Below, piece by piece: positions 1 to 10,994 of a stretch of DNA of 64,000 nucleotides. Each line of letters starts with the position of its first letter. Position 1 is the stretch's first letter. The stretch comes from an uncultured Bacilli bacterium (lineage in GTDB: Bacteria; Bacillota_I; Bacilli_A; RF39; UBA660): contig CANQKX010000005.1 in the NCBI GenBank assembly GCA_947624565.1, positions 3,125-67,124 on the forward strand. The letters run 5' to 3'. A program made the translations under genes and the position numbers. The notes under the pieces were generated by a model that made no database searches, was not told where the DNA came from, and was given only the letters and a program-made list of their open reading frames with translations.

Positions 1-927
1 ATTATGATAATAGATAAGACCTGCTTCTGGATCTAATCTTTTACTTAATTTTCTTTTTGTACCATTATCATCTTTTAATAAAGGTGCAATATGTGCATAT
101 TTTGGTGGTTTAAAACCTAAAACTTGAAAAAATTGTATATGTTTATTAGTTGATGATATCCATTCATCTCCTCTTATTACATGTGTTGTATGCATTAAAT
201 GATCATCTATCGCATGAGCAAAATGATATGTAGGAAGTCCATCATTTTTAATTATTATTTCATCTATATCATTTTCTGGCATCTCTATTTTACCTTTAAT
301 TAAATCATTAATAGTAATAGTATTATAAAAATCCCCTGGAGATTTTAATCTAATTACATATTTTTCACCATTATTTATTCTTTTAACTGCCTCTTCTTTA
401 GGTATAAATCTATCTTTTGCCCATCTACCATAATAACCAAGTCTTTGTTTTGATTTTTCTTGTTCTTTTCTTATTTCATCTAATTCTTCTTTAGTTATAA
501 ATGATGGATATGCTTTATCTTCTTCAATTAATTTTTTTGCATAAGCCCAGTATATATCTTTTCTTTTACTTTGAATATATGGACCATAATTACCTACTTC
601 ATTATTATCATCTATCATACCTTCATCAAAAGATATATCAAAATCTTTTAAAATATTAAGTATATTTGATACACCATTTTCAACTGTCCTTTGTGTATCT
701 GTATCTTCAATTCTTATAAAAAATATTCCATCAGTTTGTCTTGCAAATCTTTTAGATACAAAACATTGAAATAAATTACCCATATGTGGAAGACCAGTTG
801 GACTAGGTGCATATCTTGTAACAATCGCACCTTCTTTTAAATTTCTTTCTTTATACATTTCTTCATATTCTTGCCATGTATGTTTTACATTTGGTAATAA
901 AAAATCTGCATATTCTTTATTTGTCAT
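1..927 (-). CDS. gltX: glutamate--tRNA ligase, 3' part cut by window edge
   Basis: Frame is open from the ATG at 925-927 to position 1. N-terminus MTNKEYADFL. Class I motifs RYAPSPTGLPHMGN (HIGH-type) and KLSKR (KMSKS-type). AAGGAGG RBS and a T-box leader lie upstream. Confidence 0.8.
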   Translation of the reverse strand, partial: MTNKEYADFLLPNVKHTWQEYEEMYKERNLKEGAIVTRYAPSPTGLPHMGNLFQCFVSKRFARQTDGIFFIRIEDTDTQRTVENGVSNILNILKDFDISFDEGMIDDNNEVGNYGPYIQSKRKDIYWAYAKKLIEEDKAYPSFITKEELDEIRKEQEKSKQRLGYYGRWAKDRFIPKEEAVKRINNGEKYVIRLKSPGDFYNTITINDLIKGKIEMPENDIDEIIIKNDGLPTYHFAHAIDDHLMHTTHVIRGDEWISSTNKHIQFFQVLGFKPPKYAHIAPLLKDDNGTKRKLSKRLDPEAGLIYYHN

Positions 928-944
928 ATTTTATCCTCCTTATA

Positions 945-1140
945 AATAAAAAAAGCCTAAATGTAAGGACTAATTATAGCGGTACCACCTTACTTCATAG
1001 ACTTCTATGCTCTTAAATCTTTAACGCAGATATACGTTTTAGCTCCAAAGTTTCTTTCAAATACTTATTATATCTATTTACACCAAACATAGACTCTCTT
1101 CAATAACTTATATTTTACTCTTCTTTTTCATCGCTTTGAT
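945..1140 (-). promoter_or_regulatory. T-box leader (tRNA-sensing riboswitch), probable Glu specifier
   Basis: The minus strand reads AGCGATGAAAAAGAAGAGTA (stem I base), AGAGAG box, GAAA in the candidate specifier region, and conserved T-box AAGGTGGTACCGCTA. A GTAAGG...CCTTAC helix and a T-run follow, just before the gltX RBS. Confidence 0.75.
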
Positions 1141-1166
1141 ATAAACAAATTTTAACATATTATTTA

Positions 1167-4100
1167 TTAAATTTCAACAATTTCTTCATTAATAATTGAA
1201 TATAAATATGTATTTACCTTTTTATTTAATTTGTTTTCTATATATTTTTTATAACCACCTAATTGTTCTTTATAATTATCATCATTTATATCTTTTAATT
1301 TATAATCTATAATATCAACTCTATCACTATAAACTAACATCAAATCTATTATTCCATGATACTTAGTATTATTTTCATTATACATAAACTCATACTCTTT
1401 ATATATTTTAGCATTATTAATATCTTTAAATATATCATTACCTAAAAACTTAATTATTTTATTTTTTAAATAATCATCAATATTTATTTTATCAAAATTT
1501 GGATGTTTAAAATCAATTACTTCAAGTAAATAATGCATATTTAAACCTAAATCAATATTATTTTTTACATTTTTACTTATTAATTCATTTTGTTTTTTGG
1601 AAAATGATTTATTTTCTATAATATCATTATTTACATTTATTTCATTTACAATTATTTTTTCATCTGTTTTATTTATAAAATCTAAATAATTATTTTTCTT
1701 AATTAAATTATAATCTTTTGACATATTTAATGTATCTAAATTAATATCTGTTATATAATTTGTTAATTTTTCCTTTATTGATAAAATAATATCTTTAAAT
1801 GATCTATATTTTATTTTAATATTATCACTAACAATATTATTTTTCATAATATTACTTTCATCATTTAAATCACACACAAATATCATTTTTTCTTTTGCTC
1901 TTGTAAGCGCTACATAAAATAATCTTATTTTTTCTGATATTTCTTCTTTAATATAATTATCTTTTATTAATTCTTTATATATTGTAGTATCTATTCCTTC
2001 ATCAAATACAGGTGATACTATTCCATATTTATTATCAAACATAAATTTATCATTTATATCACTAATATTAAACTTTGAATATAAAGATGGATAATAGCAT
2101 ATAGGATACTCAAGACCTTTAGATTTATGTATAGTCATAATTTTTACTGAATCTAAGTTGTCTTTATTTAAATTATAAGTAATATCATATTTTTTATCTA
2201 TAATATCTTGTAAATATTCAGTAAAATCATTTATTGTATAACCTATTTTAGAAAAATTATCTGTTATATTAAGTATATAATCTAATTTAACAATATTTGA
2301 AGATATATCGCCTATTTTAATAATATTTTCATATATATTAAATTCATCTATTAGTAAATATATAAAATCTTTAACTGATTTATTATCTAAATAACTACTA
2401 ATATTTAAACATTTATCATAAAGTTTACTACTCTTATAATCATCATTTATAATATATTTAAATATTAAACTATCATCTTCTTCACACAGTGGACTTCTTG
2501 ATATTGATGCAAATAAATATTTAAATTGTGTATCAAACTCTTTATTGTGTATTTTTATTATTAATGAAATCAAATTTTTAATAATTAATAACAACATATC
2601 ATCTGTTATTTTCTCATCTTTATTAACAGTTAATGGTATATTCATATATTCAAATATTTTTTTATATAAATTAAAATTAGTTGATTTATCTACTAATATT
2701 ACAAAGTCACCATAATTAATATTTCTTATTAGTAATTCATCTTTATCAAATATTTTATACTTAGAATTAATTTTGTTTTTTATATCATTTGCAATTATAA
2801 AAGCCTCTATTTCATCTTTAGTAAATAAAGAATTTTTATCATATTTATAGTTATATATTTGCAAATTATTATTTTGGTTTGTATTACCTTCTTCATTATA
2901 GGTATTATTTGCAAATACCATTTTATGAGATTTACTATATTCTGCAGATCCAAACTTATCATTCATAATAAGTTCAAATATAATATTTATATCGTCTAAT
3001 ACTTCTTTCCTTGATCTAAAATTTTTATTTAAATCTATTTTTATTCCATCTATATTACTCTTATAATTATCATATTTATTTTTAAATATATATGGATTAG
3101 CATTTCTAAATCTATAAATAGATTGTTTTATATCTCCAACCATATAAACATTATTATTAGATATTAAAGATATAAATTCTTCTTGTATATCATTTGTATC
3201 TTGATATTCATCTATCATTATTTCGTTAAAAGAATTTCTCATTTGAAGTTTTATATCATCATTTTCTTTTAATAATTTTATTGCAAATAAAGATATATCA
3301 TTAAATTCAAACATATCATTTTTATATTTATAATCCATTATTTTTTCATCTAGTAATAATATAATATCAATAATACACTTTACATAGTCATATGTACTTA
3401 GTATATATTTTTTTATTTCATCTTTATTTTTATATTTACATAGTGATTTTAGTTCCTTAATAATACTTGAAATACTATCTTTTATAGTTTTTATATTCTC
3501 ATCTGAACCACGTGGAAGCTTTGGCAAAGATATATTTATATTACAAAGTATTTCATCATATGTTTTACTATATAATAAAGGATTTAATGAAGAAAAATAT
3601 TCATTATCTTCTATTTCATCAAGTAATACAGATATTTCATTTATTTTTTCTTTTAATATATTTTCAAATTTTAATATATCTTCATCAATTTTTAAATCAT
3701 TAAAGAAATTTTCTAAGTAATTTTGTAAATAACTTATCTTATCAGATTTTAAATCTAATTTATTATTAATTTGAAGTATATAATTTTTTATCTCTTTATC
3801 GTCCTTAACACAAAAATCTGAAATTAATTTTTCAAACAATCTATCTTTATTTAAATACTTATCGTTAAATATTTCATCTAATATTTTTTCTTTTTGTAAG
3901 GTTATTAATGAAGAATCTATTATAGATAAATTAGGTGATAAATTTAATAAATAGTGATATTTTTTTACAACAGATAAAGTAAAACTATCAAATGTAGTTA
4001 TATATGCTGAATCAATTAAATCAAGTTGACTATATAATGATTTATCATTAACTATTTTTTTTCTTATTCTTTCTTTCATCTCTTTTGCTGCAGCATTTGT

Positions 4101-4265
4101 AAATGTTAATATTAAAAGTTCATTTATATTAACACCATTTTTTAATTTTCTTATAACCCTTTCTGATAATACTGCTGTCTTACCTGAACCTGCTCCTGCA
4201 GATACGATTATATTTTTACCATCTTCATTTATTGCACTTAATTGTTCACCAGTCCACTTTGTCAC
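1167..4265 (-). CDS. addA: ATP-dependent helicase/nuclease subunit A (AddA/RexA)
   Basis: Walker A GAGSGKT, DEYQDT, GDIKQSIYRFR, TIHKSKGLEYP and LFYVALTRAKE. C-terminal PD-(D/E)XK-like motif GIIDLM...DIIDYK. Sits directly downstream of addB. Confidence 0.9.
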   Translation of the reverse strand: MTKWTGEQLSAINEDGKNIIVSAGAGSGKTAVLSERVIRKLKNGVNINELLILTFTNAAAKEMKERIRKKIVNDKSLYSQLDLIDSAYITTFDSFTLSVVKKYHYLLNLSPNLSIIDSSLITLQKEKILDEIFNDKYLNKDRLFEKLISDFCVKDDKEIKNYILQINNKLDLKSDKISYLQNYLENFFNDLKIDEDILKFENILKEKINEISVLLDEIEDNEYFSSLNPLLYSKTYDEILCNINISLPKLPRGSDENIKTIKDSISSIIKELKSLCKYKNKDEIKKYILSTYDYVKCIIDIILLLDEKIMDYKYKNDMFEFNDISLFAIKLLKENDDIKLQMRNSFNEIMIDEYQDTNDIQEEFISLISNNNVYMVGDIKQSIYRFRNANPYIFKNKYDNYKSNIDGIKIDLNKNFRSRKEVLDDINIIFELIMNDKFGSAEYSKSHKMVFANNTYNEEGNTNQNNNLQIYNYKYDKNSLFTKDEIEAFIIANDIKNKINSKYKIFDKDELLIRNINYGDFVILVDKSTNFNLYKKIFEYMNIPLTVNKDEKITDDMLLLIIKNLISLIIKIHNKEFDTQFKYLFASISRSPLCEEDDSLIFKYIINDDYKSSKLYDKCLNISSYLDNKSVKDFIYLLIDEFNIYENIIKIGDISSNIVKLDYILNITDNFSKIGYTINDFTEYLQDIIDKKYDITYNLNKDNLDSVKIMTIHKSKGLEYPICYYPSLYSKFNISDINDKFMFDNKYGIVSPVFDEGIDTTIYKELIKDNYIKEEISEKIRLFYVALTRAKEKMIFVCDLNDESNIMKNNIVSDNIKIKYRSFKDIILSIKEKLTNYITDINLDTLNMSKDYNLIKKNNYLDFINKTDEKIIVNEINVNNDIIENKSFSKKQNELISKNVKNNIDLGLNMHYLLEVIDFKHPNFDKINIDDYLKNKIIKFLGNDIFKDINNAKIYKEYEFMYNENNTKYHGIIDLMLVYSDRVDIIDYKLKDINDDNYKEQLGGYKKYIENKLNKKVNTYLYSIINEEIVEI

Positions 4266-4360
4266 TTTATCACCTTCTTATAAAATTAGTTGATATATTT
4301 GTAAATACATTTAATTTTTTATTTCAATTAATAAAAAATTTCTATATAATACTTCTATTT

Positions 4361-6718
4361 TTATTTCAAAAATTCTAAATCTTTATATTCTTCTAAATTT
4401 ACTATGTCTTCTTCTTTCATATAACATATATCTTTATATTTACAAAATTCACATCCTACATTATTTTTTCCTATTCTTTTTGGATTAATATCAAATTTAG
4501 CATCCAATATATCATTAAATGCTTTATTTATATTACTTTCAGTTATTTGTATTAATTTATTTATTTCACTTTGTGATATTGTTTTTGAATATAAATAAAA
4601 TCCGTTATTACCTACTTTCATTGATTTTATTACTTCACTATCTTTATATGTTGAATCAAATTTTTCAAGTAAGTTTTCATCATTAATAGAATACCCTTGT
4701 AATTTTAAGTTATCTTTCTTTTGTTTTTCATAACTTTTATTATCTTGTTTAATTATTTCATTATTTAATATTTTTTGAAGATAAAATCCTATTACAGTAG
4801 CATTTTTAATTGTATCTGTATTACTTGCTAAATAAAGATATACTGGAAGCTGCATATCTATTCCATAAATAGTATTATTTAAATTAGTGTGCAAACTACC
4901 AGTTTTATAATCTATTATAACTAAATATGTTTTATCATTTTCATTTTTATAAAGCAATTTGTCAATAACACCCATAAATGTTAATTTTATATTACCTTCT
5001 TTGTTAATATATATTTTGTTTTCATATAAACCTTTATTTAATGTTGAAAATTTATTTTGCATATTAATAGTGTTTATAACAAATAATAATTCGTCTTTTA
5101 ATTTACTTAAGAAAAATTTATCTTTAATACTTAAATCTAAATCTTTAATACTTTCATTAAATTCTTTTTCAAAATTAAAGTCAGATTCAAAGCATTTAGA
5201 TAATACATAATGAAATATATTACCTATTGTAGTTGCAAATTTAGATTCAAAATCAGTTAATTTTAATATATTATTTAAATAATATCTAAATGAGCATCTA
5301 TAATAGTTGTCTAAACTTGAATATGATAAAAGTAATTTATTATCTAAATATTTATATAAATCATTTTTATTAATTCCTTTAAATTTATTATTAAATGTTA
5401 AATAATCTATATTGTTATATGTATTATATAATATATCTAAATCTTCATCTTTATTGGAAAATTTAATTAATTTATCTAGTTTTTCAGATAAATGTATTTT
5501 ATTTATTTGATTTGAATATACATTTTTTATTTTATAATTTTTTATTACATTTAAATTTAATTTATCTATTAAATAACTTTTATAATATGTTTCAAATGAA
5601 GATTTTAATTTATATGTTAGTGTTAAATTTTTAATAGAACTAATTATATTTTTGATAGTATCTTTTTCTATTTTATTTTTTTCTATAGTTGTTTCTATAC
5701 TCAAATTACCTTTTATATCATCTGTAATATAATCTTCATCTTTATATATTATTGGTAAACTTCCTTGATTAAAACCTAACAAAAAAACATGTGTATCATC
5801 ATCTATAATATTATTTTTTATATCTATTACTCTAATACAATTATCTATTTTATTTACATAATTATTTGTATGTTTAAAATCATATATAAGCATATCTAAT
5901 ACATCTATATAATTATCTACAAAAGTATATTTATTTAATACGTTTATTAATTTATTATATATGTAATTATTTTCATCAATAGTAAAATCATATTTAGAAT
6001 TTAGTATATTTAATATTTCATCTATATCTTTTTCTTTTATTAGATTAATAAAGTCAGATATTATATTAGTATCATACATAGACATATTATTTTCTAATAA
6101 AATAGGTATATTATAAAACTTAAATATTCTTTGCATTACATTATGATATTCACTAGTAACATTAGCTAATTTAATTTTATTAATATCTATACCATTATTT
6201 ATTAACTCTATTATTTTAGTACATACAAATTCTACCTCTTCATCAATAGTATTAAATTCATATACATCATGCTTGTAATCTTTTTTTTCTTTTTTTATAA
6301 AATTATAATCTATATTACTTAAAACTTTCTTTTGATATTTATTTAGATAATCATAACCATATATTATAATTTTTTTATCTTTAATAAATGATTTAAATAA
6401 ATCATCATATATAAGTAAATTATTATCTATAAGTTCTTGTTTTATTTTATATAATTTATTTAATTTTTTTATAGAACTATTATTTTCTATATATTTAATG
6501 TTATCTAAATAAACTTTAGCAACTTCATATTTAATTTTATATTTATTAATTAGGTAATATATACTTTTATCATCATATGTAAATGTTAATTTATTTATAA
6601 ATTCACTTAAACTCAAAATTTTAATATTATAAATATTATCTAACTCATTTATTTTTAATAATATTTCTTCTTTCAAATTATTAGGTATAATTAGTATAAT
6701 TAAATCATTTAAGTTCAT
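4361..6718 (-). CDS. addB: helicase/nuclease subunit B (AddB/RexB), short form
   Basis: Nuclease motif GVIDKL...IIDYKTG. C-terminal Cys cluster CEFCKYKDIC plus upstream CSFRYY, typical of the AddB Fe-S nuclease domain. No Walker A at the N-terminus. Paired with addA. Confidence 0.8.
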   Translation of the reverse strand: MNLNDLIILIIPNNLKEEILLKINELDNIYNIKILSLSEFINKLTFTYDDKSIYYLINKYKIKYEVAKVYLDNIKYIENNSSIKKLNKLYKIKQELIDNNLLIYDDLFKSFIKDKKIIIYGYDYLNKYQKKVLSNIDYNFIKKEKKDYKHDVYEFNTIDEEVEFVCTKIIELINNGIDINKIKLANVTSEYHNVMQRIFKFYNIPILLENNMSMYDTNIISDFINLIKEKDIDEILNILNSKYDFTIDENNYIYNKLINVLNKYTFVDNYIDVLDMLIYDFKHTNNYVNKIDNCIRVIDIKNNIIDDDTHVFLLGFNQGSLPIIYKDEDYITDDIKGNLSIETTIEKNKIEKDTIKNIISSIKNLTLTYKLKSSFETYYKSYLIDKLNLNVIKNYKIKNVYSNQINKIHLSEKLDKLIKFSNKDEDLDILYNTYNNIDYLTFNNKFKGINKNDLYKYLDNKLLLSYSSLDNYYRCSFRYYLNNILKLTDFESKFATTIGNIFHYVLSKCFESDFNFEKEFNESIKDLDLSIKDKFFLSKLKDELLFVINTINMQNKFSTLNKGLYENKIYINKEGNIKLTFMGVIDKLLYKNENDKTYLVIIDYKTGSLHTNLNNTIYGIDMQLPVYLYLASNTDTIKNATVIGFYLQKILNNEIIKQDNKSYEKQKKDNLKLQGYSINDENLLEKFDSTYKDSEVIKSMKVGNNGFYLYSKTISQSEINKLIQITESNINKAFNDILDAKFDINPKRIGKNNVGCEFCKYKDICYMKEEDIVNLEEYKDLEFLK

Positions 6719-6779
6719 ATTACCACCTAAGTTAATTATAACATTTATTTTTAATAAGAAAAAGAATAAACCATTAAGT

Positions 6780-7526
6780 TTATTCTTTAATTAACTCATG
6801 TAAATATGGTGCATCATCTACATAATAACTTTGTAAATCGTAAAATATTTCCTCTAAACATTTTAATTTAGTAATAGTTTCAGATGCTTTTTCAAAATCA
6901 TAATCTGTTATATCAAAAAAATATTTATCTAATAAAAGTTGTATTGAAAGCATTAAAAATGCTATTTTATCATTATTTTTACTTCCTTTTACTTTTTTTC
7001 TATGTTTTTTTAAGTAATTACTTAATATTAATGAAATTGTATTTGCAGGTATTCCCTTAATATTATATGATAACGCATCTATAAAGTGATGTATCCCTTT
7101 ATCATCAATTCTTATGTTACCAAAATTAAGATCTGATATTATTATTTTTTCTCCATGAATCTCTTTTATATTCTTTGAAACATTTAATAATATTTTTAAA
7201 ATTTGTTCATCACTATATTTATCTTTAGCATCGCATAAATCTATTCCTTCAATATAATCCTCTCTTGTACCAACAAAACTTGGATCAACTATTTTTGAAT
7301 CAGGAACAATAATATGGCTATTAAATTTTTTCATATTTAATATTTCTAATTTTTTTAATTTTAATGTTAGTTCATAAGCATCAGAGGCTATAGTAGTATA
7401 AAATAATTTATATATTTTTCTCTCTAATTCATCTAAATATATTTCACATTCATAACTTTTTACATTTAAACGTTTTAATTTATTAAAATCTATTTCATTA
7501 TAATTTATACAATTCAAATGTATCAC
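6780..7526 (-). CDS. protein-kinase-like fold protein, function unknown
   Basis: IISDLNFGNIRID resembles a catalytic-loop D-x4-N and FIDAL resembles DFG. No glycine-rich loop is visible. Confidence 0.35.
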   Translation of the reverse strand: MIHLNCINYNEIDFNKLKRLNVKSYECEIYLDELERKIYKLFYTTIASDAYELTLKLKKLEILNMKKFNSHIIVPDSKIVDPSFVGTREDYIEGIDLCDAKDKYSDEQILKILLNVSKNIKEIHGEKIIISDLNFGNIRIDDKGIHHFIDALSYNIKGIPANTISLILSNYLKKHRKKVKGSKNNDKIAFLMLSIQLLLDKYFFDITDYDFEKASETITKLKCLEEIFYDLQSYYVDDAPYLHELIKE

Positions 7527-7573
7527 CTCAAAATCCGAGTTAGTATTGTATCATAAATGTTATATGTAGTCAA

Positions 7574-8293
7574 TTATTCAAGTACTTCTAATACTTCCTC
7601 ATTATGATGTCTATCATAAATTACAAGTTTATCATTAATATCAATAGTAGCTAAAAGTACTTTACTTGCTTCTTTTCCATTAACTTCAAGTTCATGTAAT
7701 AACCATTTTTCATCCTTATTTACTTTTTCTAAATTACCATTCATAATATTACCGTCTATTATTACATTTGCACATAATCCTTGTTTTTGTGCTTTTAAAT
7801 TCATATCTTTAATAGTTAAATTTTTATATTCTCCTTTTGGTAAAAAACTTACCTTCCCATTAGCCTCTAAAAGTGCATATTCAATCTCACTTAAATCAAA
7901 ATATCCATTTCCTCTTGCTTCTTCTAATAAATCATTAACATCAAATTTAGTTTTTTTCATATTTTTATATATCATCTTACCATGTTGTATTAATATTGTT
8001 GGAGTACCTATAAAAAACTTTCTTAATTTTAAACTTTTCATTGTCAAAATTGATATAAAAAACGCAAGTAATCCAAATACTATAATTGCAGTAAATGCGT
8101 TAAAGAAATCTGCTTCTAAATTTATTGCCATTTCTGATGCAAAATTACCTATAGATATACCTACTACGTAATCAAATAAACTTAATTCAGATACTTGTTT
8201 TTTACCAAGCAATTTAGTCATAAAAAATAAAGTAGTCATTGCAACTACACTTCTAACAATTACATTTAATATATCAATATTAAAAAAATCCAT
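7574..8293 (-). CDS. DUF421 (YetF/YdfS/YrbG-type) membrane protein
   Basis: LLGKKQVSELSLFDYVVGISIGN and EYALLEANGKVSFLPK match the YetF-type pattern. The start is trimmed to MDFFNI because the longer ORF runs into tspO. Confidence 0.75.
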   Translation of the reverse strand: MDFFNIDILNVIVRSVVAMTTLFFMTKLLGKKQVSELSLFDYVVGISIGNFASEMAINLEADFFNAFTAIIVFGLLAFFISILTMKSLKLRKFFIGTPTILIQHGKMIYKNMKKTKFDVNDLLEEARGNGYFDLSEIEYALLEANGKVSFLPKGEYKNLTIKDMNLKAQKQGLCANVIIDGNIMNGNLEKVNKDEKWLLHELEVNGKEASKVLLATIDINDKLVIYDRHHNEEVLEVLE

Positions 8294-8328
8294 ATTTAAA
8301 CACCTCAATGTTATTATGGATTTATTTT

Positions 8329-8796
8329 TTAATTTAATACAAATATACCAAAATTTAAATATGATGCGAATAATAACCAAAGTAAATATGGAATATTTAA
8401 ATAACTACTAATTTTATCAATTTTGAAAAATGTAATTATCATTGTTATAACTAAAAGTATAAGCATTATTATCCAAAGAAATGCTAAAAAGTATTCATTG
8501 AATCCAAAAAATATTGGTGTCCAAAGAGCATTTATAACAAGTTGAATGAAATACATTAATCTAGCATCATTTTTTCTTTTGTTATCAGTTTGCATTACTC
8601 TATATATTGATATACCCATTAATATATATAGTATTGTCCACGCTATTGGAAAAACAATAGATGGAGGAGATAATGCAGGTTTATTTAATAAATTATATGT
8701 ATCCATATTTTTAAATACAAATACACTAGGTAATGCTCCTATCAATATAGTTATAAATATATAAAAGAATAACTTTTTAAAATCGATTTTTTTCAT
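8329..8796 (-). CDS. tspO: TspO/MBR tryptophan-rich sensory protein
   Basis: Five-TM, 155-aa protein with PSIVFPIAWTILYILMGIS and LWTPIFFG motifs. Confidence 0.8.
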   Translation of the reverse strand: MKKIDFKKLFFYIFITILIGALPSVFVFKNMDTYNLLNKPALSPPSIVFPIAWTILYILMGISIYRVMQTDNKRKNDARLMYFIQLVINALWTPIFFGFNEYFLAFLWIIMLILLVITMIITFFKIDKISSYLNIPYLLWLLFASYLNFGIFVLN

Positions 8797-8820
8797 ATAT
8801 TCCTCCTAATTAATTATATT

Positions 8821-10290
8821 TTAATCATTCTTTTTTATGTCAAAACTACTTGGACCTTTTATTACATTACCATCAATATCAAATCTAGATCCATGACATG
8901 GGCAATCCCATGTTTTATCCATATAATTAAATACTAAAGAACATTTCATATGTGGGCATAAATTTCTTACTATATGTTTTTTATTATTTTCATCAATATA
9001 TACTCCATAATTTTTGCCATCAATATTTTCAAATTTAACATTACTATTATAAAAACTTCTGTTCTTATTTATTTTTGTTGAAATATATATTTTACTAATA
9101 TTAAATGAATCTACTAAAAAATTAATAGTTCTTTTTATTGTTATTTCTCTTTTTGGATTAAATAAGTCTATAAATTCATTATCTTTTTTTAAAATAATAT
9201 CACTTAATATTTTCCCTGATAATATACTATTTGTCATACCCCATTTATTGAATGCTGTTGCAAGTAATAAATTAGAATCACTATTACTTGCACTACCTAT
9301 TATAGGAAGAAGATCATTTGATGTTATATCATGAATAGACCATTCGTATTCAGGTTTCTTATTAAATAGTTTTTCAAATTTTATTTTTAATTCTTCTTGC
9401 CTTTGTTGATAATTAACATGATTAGACATCTTATAACTTTCACCTGCAAATATTATATATGAATCATTGTCTTTATAATATCTAATTGAATATGTTTGTT
9501 TTCCAATACTAATTGCATTAAATTTTTCTATTTTATCAACTTTAGATGCAATTACATGTGATTTTTCTATATGTGTTTTAAAGGGTATTAAACCTGGAAT
9601 AATAAAAAATGGATAATGTGTACATACAACTACATATTTAGTTTTTATCTTACCACTTGTAGTATCAACAATATAATTACCATTTTCTTTTGTTATAGTA
9701 AGTGCTCGTACATGTTCATATATTTTTATTTTATCTTTAATTATATTTACTAAAGTATTTATATACTTAATTGGATTAAATACTGCTGTATCTTCTACTT
9801 TTAATGCATAGTTACATGGAAATTTTATTGGCAATTTATTAGTTATTTTTGCATTTATTCCCATCTTTTTTAAAATATTATATTCTTTATCTATTTTTAT
9901 CTTATCTTCATGTTTGTATGAAAATATATATGAATCATTTTCTATATAATCACAATCTATTTTATATTTTTCTATGTAATTTTTTACTAATTTAGATGCA
10001 TATATTTGTGATTTAAGGTATTTTTTTGATATATCAAAATCATGCAAACTTTCTAAATCTGAATATATAGTATCTTGTAAATATGTAATTTTACCTGTTG
10101 TTAATGATGTAGTACCAGTAGATATTTCATTGCTTTCTATTAAACAAACATTTAAATTTGAGTCTTTTAATTCAAATGCTGTACTAATTCCTGATAGTCC
10201 TCCACCTATAATTAGTACATCTATGTTATCATTTATTTTTTTATCTTGTATTTGTTTTGTTATATATTTTTTCCATATAGAATTAGACAT
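8821..10290 (-). CDS. FAD-dependent oxidoreductase with C-terminal Rieske [2Fe-2S] domain (YhfW-like)
   Basis: N-terminal dinucleotide fold DVLIIGGGLSGIS. C-terminal CPHMKC...CPCHGSRF Rieske motif. Confidence 0.8.
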   Translation of the reverse strand: MSNSIWKKYITKQIQDKKINDNIDVLIIGGGLSGISTAFELKDSNLNVCLIESNEISTGTTSLTTGKITYLQDTIYSDLESLHDFDISKKYLKSQIYASKLVKNYIEKYKIDCDYIENDSYIFSYKHEDKIKIDKEYNILKKMGINAKITNKLPIKFPCNYALKVEDTAVFNPIKYINTLVNIIKDKIKIYEHVRALTITKENGNYIVDTTSGKIKTKYVVVCTHYPFFIIPGLIPFKTHIEKSHVIASKVDKIEKFNAISIGKQTYSIRYYKDNDSYIIFAGESYKMSNHVNYQQRQEELKIKFEKLFNKKPEYEWSIHDITSNDLLPIIGSASNSDSNLLLATAFNKWGMTNSILSGKILSDIILKKDNEFIDLFNPKREITIKRTINFLVDSFNISKIYISTKINKNRSFYNSNVKFENIDGKNYGVYIDENNKKHIVRNLCPHMKCSLVFNYMDKTWDCPCHGSRFDIDGNVIKGPSSFDIKKND

Positions 10291-10342
10291 AAAGTATCAC
10301 CTATTTGATATTTTGTATTAAAAAAGTAGATTATATACTAAC

Positions 10343-10984
10343 CTACTTAATTTTTAACTTAGGAAATGCTTTAACAATTCTCTTTTTAAAATAATTATTT
10401 TGTAATATTAATTCTTTTACTTTCTTTGTTATTTCTTCTGTATTATCTTTTTTAATTTTATTTATCGTTCCTTTTATTTTAACCATTGAATTTGTAGATA
10501 TTATAATATCTGTTATAAATATTACTAGTAATATAATACATATTATATTAATTAATATTTGCGGTAATTTATTTAACATATTAACAAAAAATGGATTTAC
10601 TATATACATTACTAATAATCCACCAATTCCAAAGGGAATCATTGTTTCAAGACATATTCTTCCATTTATGTTAAATTTATATTTTGTATAATCCCACCAT
10701 CTAGCATTAAATAATTTTTCCATTATAAAACTAGTTATATATTCCCATATTGAAAATAACAATATACACATTATAAACAGTGTTACTTTATCGTTAATAT
10801 ACTTATTTAATAAAATAACCATTGATATTACACCACATCCATATACTGGACAATAAGGACCTATTAAAAATCCTCTATCAACAAATTTTCTTTCTTTTAT
10901 TATAACCCCTAATACCTCTATAAACCATCCTATAAATGAGTATATAATAAATAATATAAATAATATTCTCAAATCGTACTTCAT
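10343..10984 (-). CDS. polytopic membrane protein (putative ABC-transporter type IV / PF06541-like)
   Basis: Multi-TM protein with a GPYCPVYGCG motif, recalled as typical of that family. Confidence 0.5.
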   Translation of the reverse strand: MKYDLRILFILFIIYSFIGWFIEVLGVIIKERKFVDRGFLIGPYCPVYGCGVISMVILLNKYINDKVTLFIMCILLFSIWEYITSFIMEKLFNARWWDYTKYKFNINGRICLETMIPFGIGGLLVMYIVNPFFVNMLNKLPQILINIICIILLVIFITDIIISTNSMVKIKGTINKIKKDNTEEITKKVKELILQNNYFKKRIVKAFPKLKIK

Positions 10985-10994
10985 TTTTTACCTC

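Noticed and set aside
945-1000. The T-box terminator looked atypical: the GTAAGG...CCTTAC helix is separated from the T-run by ATTTAGGC.
   Set aside because: This is not enough to doubt the T-box call, because the conserved T-box sequence and stem I elements are present. The exact terminator/antiterminator pairing cannot be settled by eye.
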